A DNA stretch of 64,000 nt from Lingula anatina (Eukaryota; Animalia; Brachiopoda): contig CM120642.1 in NCBI GenBank assembly GCA_051362555.1, positions 16,058,001 to 16,122,000 of the forward strand. The letters run 5' to 3'. Of this stretch, positions 27,101 to 39,743 are shown piece after piece. Both the position numbers and the translations under genes were made by a program. Within the stretch, counting starts at the first letter, position 1; each line of letters opens with the position of its first letter. The notes under the pieces were generated by a model, which made no database searches, was not told the DNA's origin, and saw only the letters and a list, made by a program, of their open reading frames with translations.

Positions 27101-28936
27101 AAACCGCAAACGATATATATGACATTGTTTTATTTCATCATATAAATGTGCTTAGTAAAGAATTGCTCAGTTTAAAAACCCCTGAGTTAGGAAAATTATT
27201 ATAGCCAACCTTTGATGATTTACCCACCAAGCTATCGAAAGGAAATTGCTACCATTAAATACAAAGTCATAGAATGTCAATCAAGTGAAAATAAGTGGTA
27301 GAAACAGGGACCGAAGATAGCGGAGCCGCCCGACTGCGAACAGACCAAATAATTAGATGAGATCAAAGTTTATTATTATATGTCTTTTAACTTACGTGGT
27401 TTCGTCAACAACAGGACAACCTTACACCGGAAGTATTCCAGACAGAGAACACAAGATTCCCGTATGCGTACGACTGATGATTATAAATGCCACTTTGAGC
27501 AACCTGCTCGTCTGATGACGTCATTAAGTTTCTTTCCCGTTTCATTTAGCCTGCTTGTGAACTTGCATTAGGCTGAAATTTTGGATCTTAATGTATCGCC
27601 ATACTTTCAGTCACGGAGAGAGCATATCTAAGAGGCCCACCTAGAGGCCTACAGCCGACTATGAAATTCGGTCCATGAAACAGGGTTGGAGGCCGTTTTT
27701 CGCATTGGTTAACGCAGTACGTCTTCATTTAAAAAGTCCATAAGGAATCCAAGTTCAAATTGACATAGATTGCGTGATGTGACATGCCTGTCATACAGTA
27801 ATGGAAATAAATGAGAAATCTCTCATGCTTTGAAAGATTGAGTTAAATCCATCGGCATATGGGATTTAAAATCACGATATGAGGTAAGAGCCATGGTTCC
27901 CTAAAGTATCCGTTGAAGTGTTGTCGTCTTTTGATAATGTTGAGTTTAATCGTCTAGCAATTGCGTTCAATTTAGCTAAAAGGTTAATCAGACAGCAGAG
28001 ATCGGTGTCTGGAGGGGCGGTTTTTGAGAGATGAGGGCAAGTTGTTCTAACTAAGTGCGAAATGAAGTGTGACATCAACAGCGTCATCGTCAAGAAGCTG
28101 TTGAAATGCATATACAAATTTAAGGACAAAAAATGAGAGCAATACCCACGTCGATCTTCGGAGGATATTTTGAGTGAACGACCAAGACTTCATATATTTG
28201 ACCAAAAATGGATACACACACACACACAAAAAAATACTTGACAATGTGAAGCATTCGCTGTTAAATGCTTTGCCGATCTTTGGTTGTCTGACAATTTTAA
28301 TTACATATTGACCATAACATCATTTGTTCCCCACACCTAATGCGATTAGTCGGACAACCTCTTCCACAAATTAAGTTACATGGACATTCACTCTGATTAA
28401 AAGCCAGTAAAAACAGAATGCACAACGCTGGCTGCCAAAAAGGAAGCATTGGATTCGGTTAAGCCATTCATCTTTATTACGTCGATGTTTTTTGACAGCT
28501 GACAAGAAAAGCCAGAAGGGGGCCACTTGTCAGCTCAGCGTTACTTTGAACATTAGCGTCACGCTATAGTTAAATTTGCTGTGGAAAGCATTCAAAGGAT
28601 TGTAACAAGTTCATGTGCTTGTTTTTGCACGATAAATGGTTCCTACATGGAAATTACATAAACAATCTGATATTAGTCATTTGAACATATACATTCATAT
28701 ACATTTGAATGGTTAGTAATATTTCTATGTCACTGCCTCAATCCTGTGCCTTGGGTTCTAGATTTCGGAATTGCCAGCTCAATCTTGATTTCATATATAA
28801 CCTACATCAGCAATACTACATGTAGCACCAGCACTGTAAAGAGTTAACACATGGGTAGGTAAAGTGAACAAGCTAGCTTTATAGCGCCCTGGTATGACAC
28901 TCAGGGTACGATCCTGTTGCTTTCTTGCTTGACTGT

Positions 28937-29112
28937 GGCCCCATTCAGAATAGGGGGCTAACTAGTCCGAGGGCCAAATATGGCGACCCACTACGAAGCT
29001 TGCCGTTTTATTCTCCAATAGACACTGAATAGATATCCCGTGAGGAAAGTATTCAAGTGGGTCGGCCATATTTGACCCTCGAACTAGTTAGTCCCCTATT
29101 TTGAATGAGGCC
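28937..29112. mobile_element. PIF/Harbinger (Tourist-like) palindromic MITE, 176 bp
   Basis: ~55-bp imperfect TIRs with GGCC termini (ggccccattcagaatagggggctaactagt... / ...actagttagtcccctattttgaatgaggcc). 3-bp TSD TGT at 28934-28936 and 29113-29115. Confidence 0.8.
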
Positions 29113-29670
29113 TGTCTGTTTGTATACATGTAAATTGCACCTAGCCATTAGACCTGCTCTTCTCTCTGTCTGCCTGTCTGTCTGTGAGTTTGTATGTTTG
29201 TATGTACGACTGGCTGCCTACCATTTGAACGTCTAAATCTGTGTACACATTCGATTGCACTGCAACCCACAGACCCGTTCCAATTGACGCATATTTACGT
29301 TCATCGTACATCATGGACATACTATATTACTTTACATGTAGTTAAGGGCAATTTTTAAACAAATGCACGCTGTCTTAAATTTCAAACCAACATGATCTGG
29401 TTTTGACTCAGACTTGCGACCTACCACCTAATATCGTTATGTTGAAGCACTTATTTGTGAATTCCGCTGGGAAATAACGCAAGTACCATGCCTCTGGCAT
29501 GGAGAGAAGGGCCCGCTGGTTTGTAAACTGGTGTTTTTACTCTGTCATCGTGATAGATTTATGTCAATATTGATTGCATGAGAGACACTGTAAACATTAT
29601 ACACATGAGGAAACGAACTGATCCATTACAATGTAGATTGTTCCTTTGAACTCTGATCAACCCAAGACAC

Positions 29671-29697
29671 GGGGGGGGGGGGGGGGGGGGGGGGGGG
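29671..29697. repeat. poly(G) tract
   Basis: Directly visible homopolymer. Confidence 0.95.
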
Positions 29698-31419
29698 AAG
29701 TGGCGATGTGACATTATAAAGTCAGTTTTGGTATTTAAGCCCGTGATACACTTTCAATAGTTTATGTTTAATAGATGTTCCTTTCTTTGTTGGAAAACAT
29801 AGCATCGATCTAAGTTTGTTGTAAGTTGTATAGGCCAAAGATGAAGCTATTCAAAACCAGATCTGGAAAACACGTTATAACGCCCTTTAAAATGAATGAA
29901 CTGCATAAGCAGTTTAAAACAGAAAAGATCATAATTCGTCTCATGCAACGCCAATCCCAGATGTACTGTAGGATAGGTCAAGTTATGTTTTATGTATGCT
30001 GCTAAAACGGTGTAACAAAAGGCGCTTCATAATTTACAGTTGGGAAGTAGTTTATGAGATGGCAATTTGTCAAAGACCATGTACATTATGAAGCTCCTTG
30101 GCCGTTTATGTATACGAAATGCCCATGATATTTCATCACTTACGGCAACAAGATCTGCGGGATTTACATCCATCAATAGGACCCTCTCTGCTGTTAACGT
30201 TGTTGATGTTGTTGTGTTTTGGTTGTTGGAATGTGAGGACAACATGCACAGAATTCATACTATTTGTTTATCCGATTATGTTCATATCTTTGTGATATTT
30301 AATTGAAACGTGTACACACACACACATACTTGTCTATGTGTACCAACCGAGGACATCAGCACAACACCATACAACCGAGGACATCTTATTCCTTGGTTAA
30401 ATCAAAATAAAAACATTCAATTTAGGGTAAAATCTATTCGAGTATGAATGTTATAAATTAATTTTTTATAAAAACTAATTTTTTGCTGACAAGAATTTTA
30501 CATTCTAACCGAGGACACACACGGACACACACACGGACAGACACTACACATTACAACCGAGGACATGCATGCATCTACATGTAATAATGATTGTACTTTT
30601 AATGCAAAGCAAATTTTATATAGCGTTACTTTGCAGCAATTCACATTTTTATGAAATTCTTTCATATTTAAGGTAAATTCCAAAATAACACCAGAGGTGA
30701 TGATTAAATTAACAGTTATACAATATTTAATGCTGGGCTTTGCCACTTTTTTAGAATTGAAGATTATGAGATAAAACATCAATTAATTTAGGAAAAGAAA
30801 GGATACTGATGAAATAAAATAAAAGACCAAAGAATTTTGTTTTCAAACATTTTATTTTCATAATGCTTATTTTCTATTTAGCACTCTTTTATTATCATGA
30901 ATTTTATATTTTGATAACACAAAGTGTCGTCCATTGGATACAGACTTGCACAGTACACAATTTTACAAAGGAGGACATCATGCCAGCAGCACCCAAAATT
31001 GTGCTTTCTTCCAATTTGATGCAATATTATATAATGCTTAAAAGCATAATGATCATCAATTTTTTATAATAAAATATTAGTATCATGAATATTCAGAAAA
31101 TGTGACTAGCAAAGGTTTTCAGGTTCATGGAACTCCAAAGTCATACTTTGAAAATGCTAAATGTATACAAGAGAGCACTGTACTGAAATGGGTTTCTTTC
31201 CATTTTTAACTTTTTTAAATAAAATAATACAGTTTACTGCCATTTCACGTGATCAACTAAGAAAATTGTTGAGATGGCAAAAATATAAATATAACAAGTT
31301 TAAATGTCCAATTTCCTCCATTCCGAACATTGTGAATGATTGAATCTGACAAACTACAATGATACGAGTTCATTTCCATTTTGGCACTTTTGTTACACAA
31401 TACAAGATAACAGGTTTAC

Positions 31420-33118
31420 CACCATTTTTATATAATCAACTAGCAATATTGTCAAGACGCAGAAATTGTCAAACAACCCATTTTACATATCTAGTAAATT
31501 CAATAATGAGACTGTTTACATGCCTGACAATCAAATCTGAGGAAAACCACTTATATACAAATAAAAGCTGAAGTCCCTCAAAACTCAACCAATCAATCTT
31601 ATTTTTAAATTTGATTTGTATATAGATAACATTGATCACTCTTGTGAGTTTAATGACAACAGGCCTATCGGTTCTCCCTGAAATGTGCTTACAGTGTTAC
31701 TAATATGCTTTTACTAATAATCATCAGTTCTGTGAGTTTCATGAAAACAGGCTTTTAGTTATTGGTTCTCCCTGAAATGTGCTTACAGTGTTACATATAT
31801 GCTGAAAAAAAAAAAAAAAAAAAAAAAAAACAGCATAAAATTTGAAAGAAAAGGGCCTGGTCTTGCTGATTTTCAATCTTGACCATTCTTTTACTAATAA
31901 TCATCAGTTCTGTGAGTTTCATGAAAACAGGCTTATTGGTTCTCCTTGAAATATGTTAACAGTGTTGCATGTACACTGAAAAAAGGAGAAAAAAATGCAA
32001 AACTTTTGAAAATAATCACCCCATTTCCTCCATTTTGAGACACTGTATTACACAGTACATGATAACATGTTTACCGTCATATTTATATAATCAACTAGCA
32101 ATGTTGTAAAGATGCAGACAATTTCAGAGAAACACTAACATATTTACATATCTAGTTAATTCAATAACGAAACTGTCAACATGCCTGACAATCAAATCTG
32201 AGGAAAACCACTTATATACAAATAAAAGCTGAAGTCCCTCAGAACTCAACCAATCTATCTTATTTTTAAATTTGATTTGTATATAGATAACATTGATCAC
32301 TCTTGTGAGTTTAATGACAACAGGCCTATCGGTTCTCCCTGAAATGTGCTTACAGTGTTACTTATATGCTGAAAAAAAAAACAGCATAAAATTTGAAAGA
32401 AAAGGGCCTGGTCATGCTGATTTTCAATCTTGACCATTGTTTTACTCATAATCATCAGTTCTGTGAGTTTCATGAAAACAGGCTTTAAGTTATTGGTTCT
32501 TCCTGAAATGTGCTTACAGTGTTACTTATATGCTTAAAAAAACAGCATAACATTTGAAAGAAAAGGGCCTGGTCATGCTGATTTTCAATCTTGACCATTC
32601 TTTTACTAATAATCATCAGTTCTGTGAGTTTCATGAAAACAGGCTTATTGGTTCTCCTTGAAATGTGCTTACAGTGTTACATATATGCTGAAAAAAAAAC
32701 AGCATAACATTTGAAAGAAAAGGGCCTGGTCATGCTGATTTTCAATCTTGATCATTCTTTTTAATTTACTAATAATCATCAGTTCTCTGAGTTTCATGAA
32801 AACAGGCCTATTGGTTCTCCTTGAAGTGTGTTTACAGTGTTGCATGTACACTGAAAAAAGGAGAAAAAAAATGCAAAACTTTTGAAAATAATCACCCCAT
32901 TTCCTCCATTTTGAGACACTGTATTACACAGTACATGATAACATGTTTACCGTCATATTTATATAATCAACTAGCAATGTTGTAAAGATGCAGAAAATTT
33001 CAGACAAACACTAACATATTTACATATCTAGTTAGTTCAATAACGAAACTGTCAACATGCCTGACAATCAAATCTGAGGAAAACCACTTATATACAAATA
33101 AAAGCTGAAGTCCCTCAA
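31420..33118. repeat. Higher-order tandem repeat array (satellite-like modules)
   Basis: A ~155-bp module (tatataatcaactagcaat...aaagctgaagtccctca) occurs at ~31429, 32084 and 32960. It is interleaved with multiple near-identical modules containing gaaagaaaagggcctggtc...gtgagtttcatgaaaacaggc...ggttctcc.tgaaatgtgcttacagtgttac. Confidence 0.92.
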
Positions 33119-33159
33119 TATATACTATATTGGCACAATATAGTATAGTATATATAGTA

Positions 33160-33374
33160 TATTTTATTGTCTCTATGGAGGTATATGGGGACTTTACGAC
33201 ATTCGGTTTGAAGGCTTTAACCACTTGTTATAGTTTATTTTTGCATTGTATTGGATTAATGTGGCAGTCTGAGGTTGTCCTAGGTGGTTTTCAACTTTAT
33301 GCACCGGGTTTTAATATCATTTAGCGATTTTACGACAACCGTTTACTATCCAATCAAGGTGACAGCCGAGCGTG
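33160..33374 (+). mobile_element. Truncated 215-bp terminal fragment of the foldback element found in PPP6C intron 2
   Basis: Collinear with 55794-56008, with about ten substitutions by eye. Ends exactly at the terminus ...gacagccgagcgtg. Confidence 0.92.
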
Positions 33375-34316
33375 CTGGATGGAATAAAAGTACTGGGTGG
33401 AAAAAACCTTTGCACCACTCCCCCCCCCCAAAAAAAAAAAAAAAAAAATGAAATAAATAAATAAAAGTAAAGAAGAAGAAGAGAAAGAAAAAAGCTAGCT
33501 ATTGATCATTGTAAAAAAAAAAAAAAAAAAAAAATCACCAGGTAAAATTCACTCAGTATTATAATTTATCTTAAAAACGGGATATCTAATTTATTTAAAA
33601 AAAAATATGTATATATATATATATATATATATATTTGCCATGAGTTAAATTTCATAATCGTCAGGGGCCGAAGACCCAGATATGTCGCACCTAAGCCGCC
33701 TCCGAGAGCCATACGGAGACGTTATTCATAGTAAATTTATTCTCAGATATAAGGTTCGTTTTGCATACCTGTAAACTCCTAAGGGTTTATCTTACATAGA
33801 AATGTGATTTAACATCGTTTAAATCATAAATCGGCATGAAATAATTGACGTTTGAAAACAGGCACAACTTCTTTGCTGCACTTGAAATGACCTCCTTAGC
33901 TATAAATATGATCCTATCACCTTGCGACATTGCATCATTCGATCGATGTACATGAGTAGTTGTCACTGTTGAAGGGAAAGCCCGTCTATTTATAGGAACT
34001 GAAATCAGGTGACGCCTGTACTGTTGTGTTCAGAGAGCGACTTCCGCTTGACCTACTTTCCAGTGCTGTTGGTAGAACAGTCGGTAATGAGTTGAGATCT
34101 CAATTTTCTTCTCATTATACTTCAATTTAAGAAAATAAAAAGCGTGACTTGTACTTGTGTAATTTCCCACCGGTACAATATGTATTTAATAAACATACCG
34201 GGTGGAAGATTTTTGAAAAATTAATAAGCGTACTGGGTGAAAATGGAGCGTACCGGCGGGAAGAAATTTGGAAAATTAATTAACGTACCGGTACGTTTAT
34301 TTGATACTTCAGAGTA
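33375..34316. mobile_element. Truncated non-autonomous DNA element (possibly Tc1/mariner-type MITE), left end lost
   Basis: Repeated subterminal (cg)tac(t/c)gggtggaa motifs at ~33391, 34195, 34229 and 34249. The right end ...cgtttatttgatacttcagagTA ends in TA; no matching left TIR is visible. Confidence 0.45.
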
Positions 34317-34419
34317 ATTCTTGCACCCTCAAAAGATTGTCGGTCCTAAGATCTACCGAGTGAGCCACAAATTCAGACAGTTCTTCTTTATTTAAACCAC
34401 TCCAAGTCAGTTGTACTAA

Positions 34420-35389
34420 GGCCACACTTTTTTATTTTTATGGATGACATCCTCTGGGTACCCCAAAATCGGTGCGAGAGGGCGAAAAAAAAAAAACAGT
34501 CCAAAAAAAAAAAAACTGCTTAAGTAAAGGAATGCTGTCAGTACACAGCTGGAAACACAAATTTAACCACAGAAACACGTATCAAACTAACAATATATCT
34601 TTATCCATGCTCTCAAAATATTAAAGCATTGTGAATACTTCGTAGAAATGTAAAAAAAGTCATGAATTGATATACTTCATATTACCAAATCTATTTAAGG
34701 TTATTTCATGCATTCATTTGGTATAGCAATCAATAAAACAAATATCAATCAAACAGTGTGTCTTTATTTGTATTCTCAGAATATTAAAACATTTTGAACA
34801 CTTCACAGAAATGTTTAAAAAATGATGCAAAGATATGCTTAATACTACCAAATCTATTAAAGGTCATTTCAGACGATGCCATTTTGTCAACTTCAACTCA
34901 CACGAAGCAGCTAAACTGTCAGGTGGCCTGTCCGACCTTCAGCCCACCAAATACCTCGACGCCCTTGTCGACCCTTTTTTCGCTACAGAAAACCTGGTAT
35001 TAATGTGCTGCTTTATACAGAATGTCACAGAAATGTTTCGGCTGCCGCCAGCCTTTCGCACAATTGTAAAAAGGTGATATCTCCATGCCCAATATCAATG
35101 GCATACCAATCCAAAACGATGGCGCCCGTTCTCTTTATGACTTTTATTGTTGTGTAATTTGAAAGTAATCCTAGAGATGAATTTGACAGCAAAGTGGCCG
35201 CATTTCCACGTGGCGAAAATACGCATGCGCAGAAAGCTCATTTCCTTGCAAATTCAATAACAACGTTTGCGACAACCGACTTCGTTGGGGGCTGGGGGGG
35301 GGGGGCTTTTTTTTTTTTTTTTTTTTGGAGAACGGGCGAAAATCCGTGCGCGCGCAGGATGTCATCCATAAAATTAAAAAAGTGTGGCC
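34420..35389. mobile_element. PIF/Harbinger-type non-autonomous element, 970 bp
   Basis: 34-bp TIR (ggccacacttttttatttttatggatgacatcct) with one mismatch. TAA TSD at 34417-34419 and 35390-35392. Internal ~163-bp degenerate tandem duplication (~34611 vs ~34774). Confidence 0.88.
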
Positions 35390-35871
35390 TAATAAAGAAT
35401 TAAGCGTGCCGTAATATGTACAGTGCGATGATAGTTAAGTAGTTACGTAACGGCCTAGGAGAGCTTAATTTGATAAAAAAGACCTTTAGTTTAAAAATAT
35501 GAACTTACTGAATATATAGACATCTGAGATATAACATTAGTTTCAGTTTAGTCTACCCTTTACAGCACAACCGAGGACGCGGAATTTGGTCCGCCCTTTA
35601 CAGCACAACCGAGGACGCGTGTGTATAGCCCGATTTCAGACAAAAAGTTGGACAGTATTTCTGATACACTCGTGGCGGGAATTTGGCCCGCGCTATACAG
35701 CATAACCGAGGACTGGCTCAGAATAGCGTCAAATTTCACCACCTAACTTGAAATGGGCCCCTTTATGCATTCCACTGCTTATGTCAACCGAGGACGTCCT
35801 CGGTTGGAGGTGTGTCCTCGGTTAGTGGGTTTCGGGCGGGTGTGTGTCCTCGGTTAGAATGCGTGCACAAG

Positions 35872-35873
<2 letters not shown>

Positions 35874-35912
<39 letters not shown>
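35874..35912. repeat. (CA)n microsatellite, right flank of the 5.5-kb element
   Basis: Directly visible. Confidence 0.95.
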
Positions 35913-35915
<3 letters not shown>

Positions 35916-36085
35916 ATATATGTTGTATAGTATATGTACTATACACCGAATTTATGCAACCATAAGGACAAATTAACCACTTGTACATGTACTTTGATCG
36001 TAAACAATGCGATCATGCACAGTTAATGTATTAGGCAATGCGCCAAACTGGAAAAAGAGTTCAAAGATGGAACTTGATTTTTTAA

Positions 36086-36142
36086 TTCCGATTCTGTCAA
36101 ATTGGTGAAAAACTTCCGATTCTGTCAAATTGGTGAAAAACT
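36086..36142. repeat. Perfect 28-bp tandem duplication
   Basis: ttccgattctgtcaaattggtgaaaaac twice. Confidence 0.92.
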
Positions 36143-37476
36143 CCATCAATGCTTTCAGTGTTATTTGGTATGCTGTAGTGTAACTAAAATTGAAAGCAAC
36201 TCTCGAAACCAATTTTTGTCGTCTAGACTAGCAATGGCAGTGAGAATGCCCTTGACCCAACATCATTATCACTCATAGTTAAAAGATAATAGAATTACTC
36301 TACGCCAGTAACTTTGGCGTCAAGCGCGTTATTCCCAGTTGGTTTGAGTGTCCGATGAGTCGATTTATGATGAATTTTCTGAGAAAAAAAACTCGCTGGA
36401 ATTCAAAGTCACCAAACAGCTTTACAAGATTATTCCAGGAAATGGCACACGACCATTTCTAGAATATGCTATTTATATTTCATAAGAACTCAATCATTTG
36501 ACAAGTGACATGAATTACAATCGATTATACAACATCAGACGCATTTTGCGTTTGATTGTATCATATCATATTTTTGCCTTATCAATCACATCTGTCATTT
36601 TATCATGTTATCTTTGAAATACCGGTAATTGAAGCGCTAGAACTTGATTTATAGGAACAATGTTTGATGCTGCCTAAGAAAATAGGTGCCATTGCATCTG
36701 TTTGAATTGCTCCTTGTGTTATATTTCTTTATTTATGGTGTTACAACTTCTTCCGCTTATTTCATATTCCCCGAACACGAGGCACTGCATGGTTTTTCTA
36801 GACCATGTCACTGCGTGGTTTTTCTAAACCATGTATATACGCTAACATGTATTGTCAAGTGATAAATGGCCATAAAGTCTTCCAGCACCAGCTACACGTA
36901 CCCTGTGTGTTCGCCTTTGACCGTTTAGTGCCCTCTGATGAGTTCGTAGCCCTATTTCAATTCGACTACTTCCGGTCTGGCGGCTCCTCATCTGTTGAGT
37001 TGCAGATCTATTTTTCATAATTGATGTTTTTGATGTATTTCCCTGGGAACAAAACAGAAGATTTAACAACCAAATATCCCACTGCTTGTTTTACCACCCG
37101 GTAATGGCACCCATTGAATTACAGGGTTAACTCCAAAGGTTCTGTACATGCTATTTACTTAAAATACGGGCGCTACGGATATAACTTGACACCTTGGTGT
37201 CTATTGATGAACGCTAAATATGCTAACTGTGACAAGAGGTGACACCCAGTGCCCAACTGCTATCAGATGATTAACGATGTACACTGTAACTTCACTAGTA
37301 TATTCTCATCCGAGGCAGTAGTCACTTCGGTCAACATTGTCAGCTACCCTGGTTGATAATGATACACTTTGAACAGTGTGCGTGCAGTGACTTCGTGGGA
37401 GTGCGTGTCTTTTTCGTGTCTATTTGCATATCTGTTTGTGTTTGTGTTGTGTGCTTTTGAGCGCACGCGCCTGTGC

Positions 37477-37477
<1 letters not shown>

Positions 37478-37532
<55 letters not shown>

Positions 37533-37546
37533 TTGTGTGTGTGTGT
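37478..37546. repeat. (TC)n(TG)n microsatellite
   Basis: Directly visible. Confidence 0.95.
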
Positions 37547-39406
37547 CAATAAATCATTTTAATATACAATGATTCTAACCCTTTCAAAAGCATTGCTGGA
37601 CCACAGCCGGTTTGGCATTCTGAAATTGGTTTCAGAAAGTGACGTTTTCTGAGTAACCCTTCTCTTGATCATTTCCAAGGTTGGGGTCTTTATTTTAATG
37701 AGCTGCTCTGTTACAACAAATATCAATGCGTGCCAATACATGAAAATATTATACATAAATTGAGACAAAAGTTAAGATTATTAACTTATCGACTGTTTAG
37801 GTTCATACAAACCGCTATTGACATTAAGGAATTCAAGCACTTTCTCTAATGTTACCCATCTCATTTTGCATTTAATCCACATAAAATAAACCTTGAACAA
37901 AAATTATTTTGTAGTTTAGAAATCAAAATAATGTCTTTGCTTCCTGTAATTAGAATCCTGTTGTGAAATCCAAATTCCTAGTTCTGTAGAATTGTTGAAG
38001 GACAGTATCTCATGTGGCACGCCAAACAATTAAAATTAATAAGTGAATCCATAGGACCATATAAAGTTCATAACAACGTTCAAACAAAGTACATACGAAT
38101 ACCAGATGACATGACACCCTTACATCTACTTACATTAAAAAGTACTTGCTGAAAATATCAATAACCTTGTAAACAATGGCATGAATTGATCGCCGTGTAT
38201 AAAATAATGGCAGATCTAAATATACACGTGTCCTGGATATAATTTATATCTATACAAGATGTAAAAATTATTAATTCACGAGAATGGTACGTTACCTAAG
38301 GTAAAACAGAAAATTAGATTCGACACAAAGTAGGTTAATAGATATTACGTTATGCCAATCCACAAAGACGGAGTCCCTGACTGAGTTTGGGTTTCAAGTT
38401 TACCAGCAGAGGATTTGAAAAGCAATTAACAGCCAGGGTATAAACATGGCCAGCACGGATATTAAACGGAGAGTGAAAATGTCAACATCGAACTGGAGAT
38501 GATTAATTTTTATATATAAAAAAAACAAAAAAAATGGGTCTAGCTGCTTTGAGAAAAGTTAAGTCCGAATCTACAGTATCTCTCTTGGTCTCTAAACACA
38601 GTTGCTCTTTAGGAGTGTTTTAATGAGTATCTTATCAATGTCATTTTAGAGCTCTCTAAAAAGGGGATATTTCAGACCCTCCACCTGCCATTATCACAAT
38701 CATATATTCGTGTTTGTCGCCACCATGATTCAGAGCTGGGCCACCTCCTGTGACACTCACAAAAACACTTCCGTGGTGCCAGCCATTTCTAGGCTCTTCA
38801 ACTTTATTTGAAGCATGCAGTCTGCGTCCACAATTGCATGCTTGTCAAGTAAAACCCTGGCAATATGCATTTCTTGAAATATCTGAAGCTTTGAATAGAA
38901 GAACACCATTGCATTTAATTTTTTAAGTCTGAGGCACATCCAAGATTTCCAGCCAAGAGCAGATGAAGTGAAGGATACAAGAACAGATGAACTCAATTTG
39001 GTAGCTATTGATCTGTTTTGACATGACGTGGCAGTGTGCGCGGCGTGTCCTGTTGGGCAGTCATTAATCTACCATTATTCAAACGCAATCTTTAAAGCCA
39101 CGTGTAGAGTCACAAAACCAGGGGTCAGTGTGTGAAAGCTACATTTAATATGAAAAATAATTGAGTTATTATCTCCGTCATTTCAGAGACCTCGAAGGCT
39201 TAATCTGATCGAATGTCGCTGTCATCTTCGAGGGTTACTGGCGGTTGTGTTGGTAGAACCTTTGCTGGAATTCTGACTGTTGGTATTGGTGTCTGCCTTT
39301 CTTTTTTTTTAACTGCAAAGCCGACTCCACAAATGCCCCATAGTGACTGCTGTTTTAAATTTGGATGGAATTGTAGACATTTGATAGTGAATGGTTTTAT
39401 ACCTCC

Positions 39407-39408
<2 letters not shown>

Positions 39409-39446
<38 letters not shown>
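39409..39446. repeat. (CT)n microsatellite
   Basis: Directly visible. Confidence 0.95.
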
Positions 39447-39449
<3 letters not shown>

Positions 39450-39482
39450 CACCTAATATAAAAATACAATTGTGGCATAACA

Positions 39483-39716
39483 AACTAGAAAAGCACTCCG
39501 AGAGCGCAGACCTCCACCAAGGCAGCGATTTTTGATTATTATTGATTATTGATCCGGATCACAACCAAAAACTAATCACTTCTAAGTTAACCCATTTCCC
39601 ACCTACCCTGAAAATTTCATCAAAATCGGTCCATATCTTTTTGAGTTGTGTTGATGGCAAACAGACAGACAGACAGACAAACAGGGGTGAAATCATAACC
39701 TCCTTGGCGGAGGTAA
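39483..39716 (+). mobile_element. Helentron-associated (HINE/DINE-1-like) non-autonomous element
   Basis: Asymmetric subterminal inverted repeat acctccaccaagg (39510-39522) / ccttggcggaggt (39702-39714). Terminal stem-loop acctccttggcggaggt, (ACAG)n microsatellite near the end, A-rich boundaries. This architecture is typical of HINEs. Confidence 0.75.
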
Positions 39717-39743
39717 ATATTTTGCTTGCACACAACAAATCAC

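Larger units (their letters stand above)
30327..35873. mobile_element. ~5.5-kb non-autonomous DNA element inserted in a (CA)n microsatellite, with AACCGAGGAC subterminal repeats and nested insertions
   Basis: (CA)n lies on both sides in the same orientation (30314-30326, 35874-35912). Both ends have an ungapped imperfect TIR, CTTGT-N11-AACCGAGGACA. Eleven copies of AACCGAGGAC or its complement are confined to 30345-30564 and 35569-35855. A perfect 22-bp inverted repeat links 30501-30522 and 35840-35861. Confidence 0.75.

Noticed and set aside
30345-35855. Spaced AACCGAGGAC repeats and the 31.4-33.1-kb array as CRISPR-like
   Set aside because: Eukaryotic context, repeats too short and irregularly spaced, in both orientations, and no cas genes. 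Better explained as transposon subterminal repeats and a satellite.
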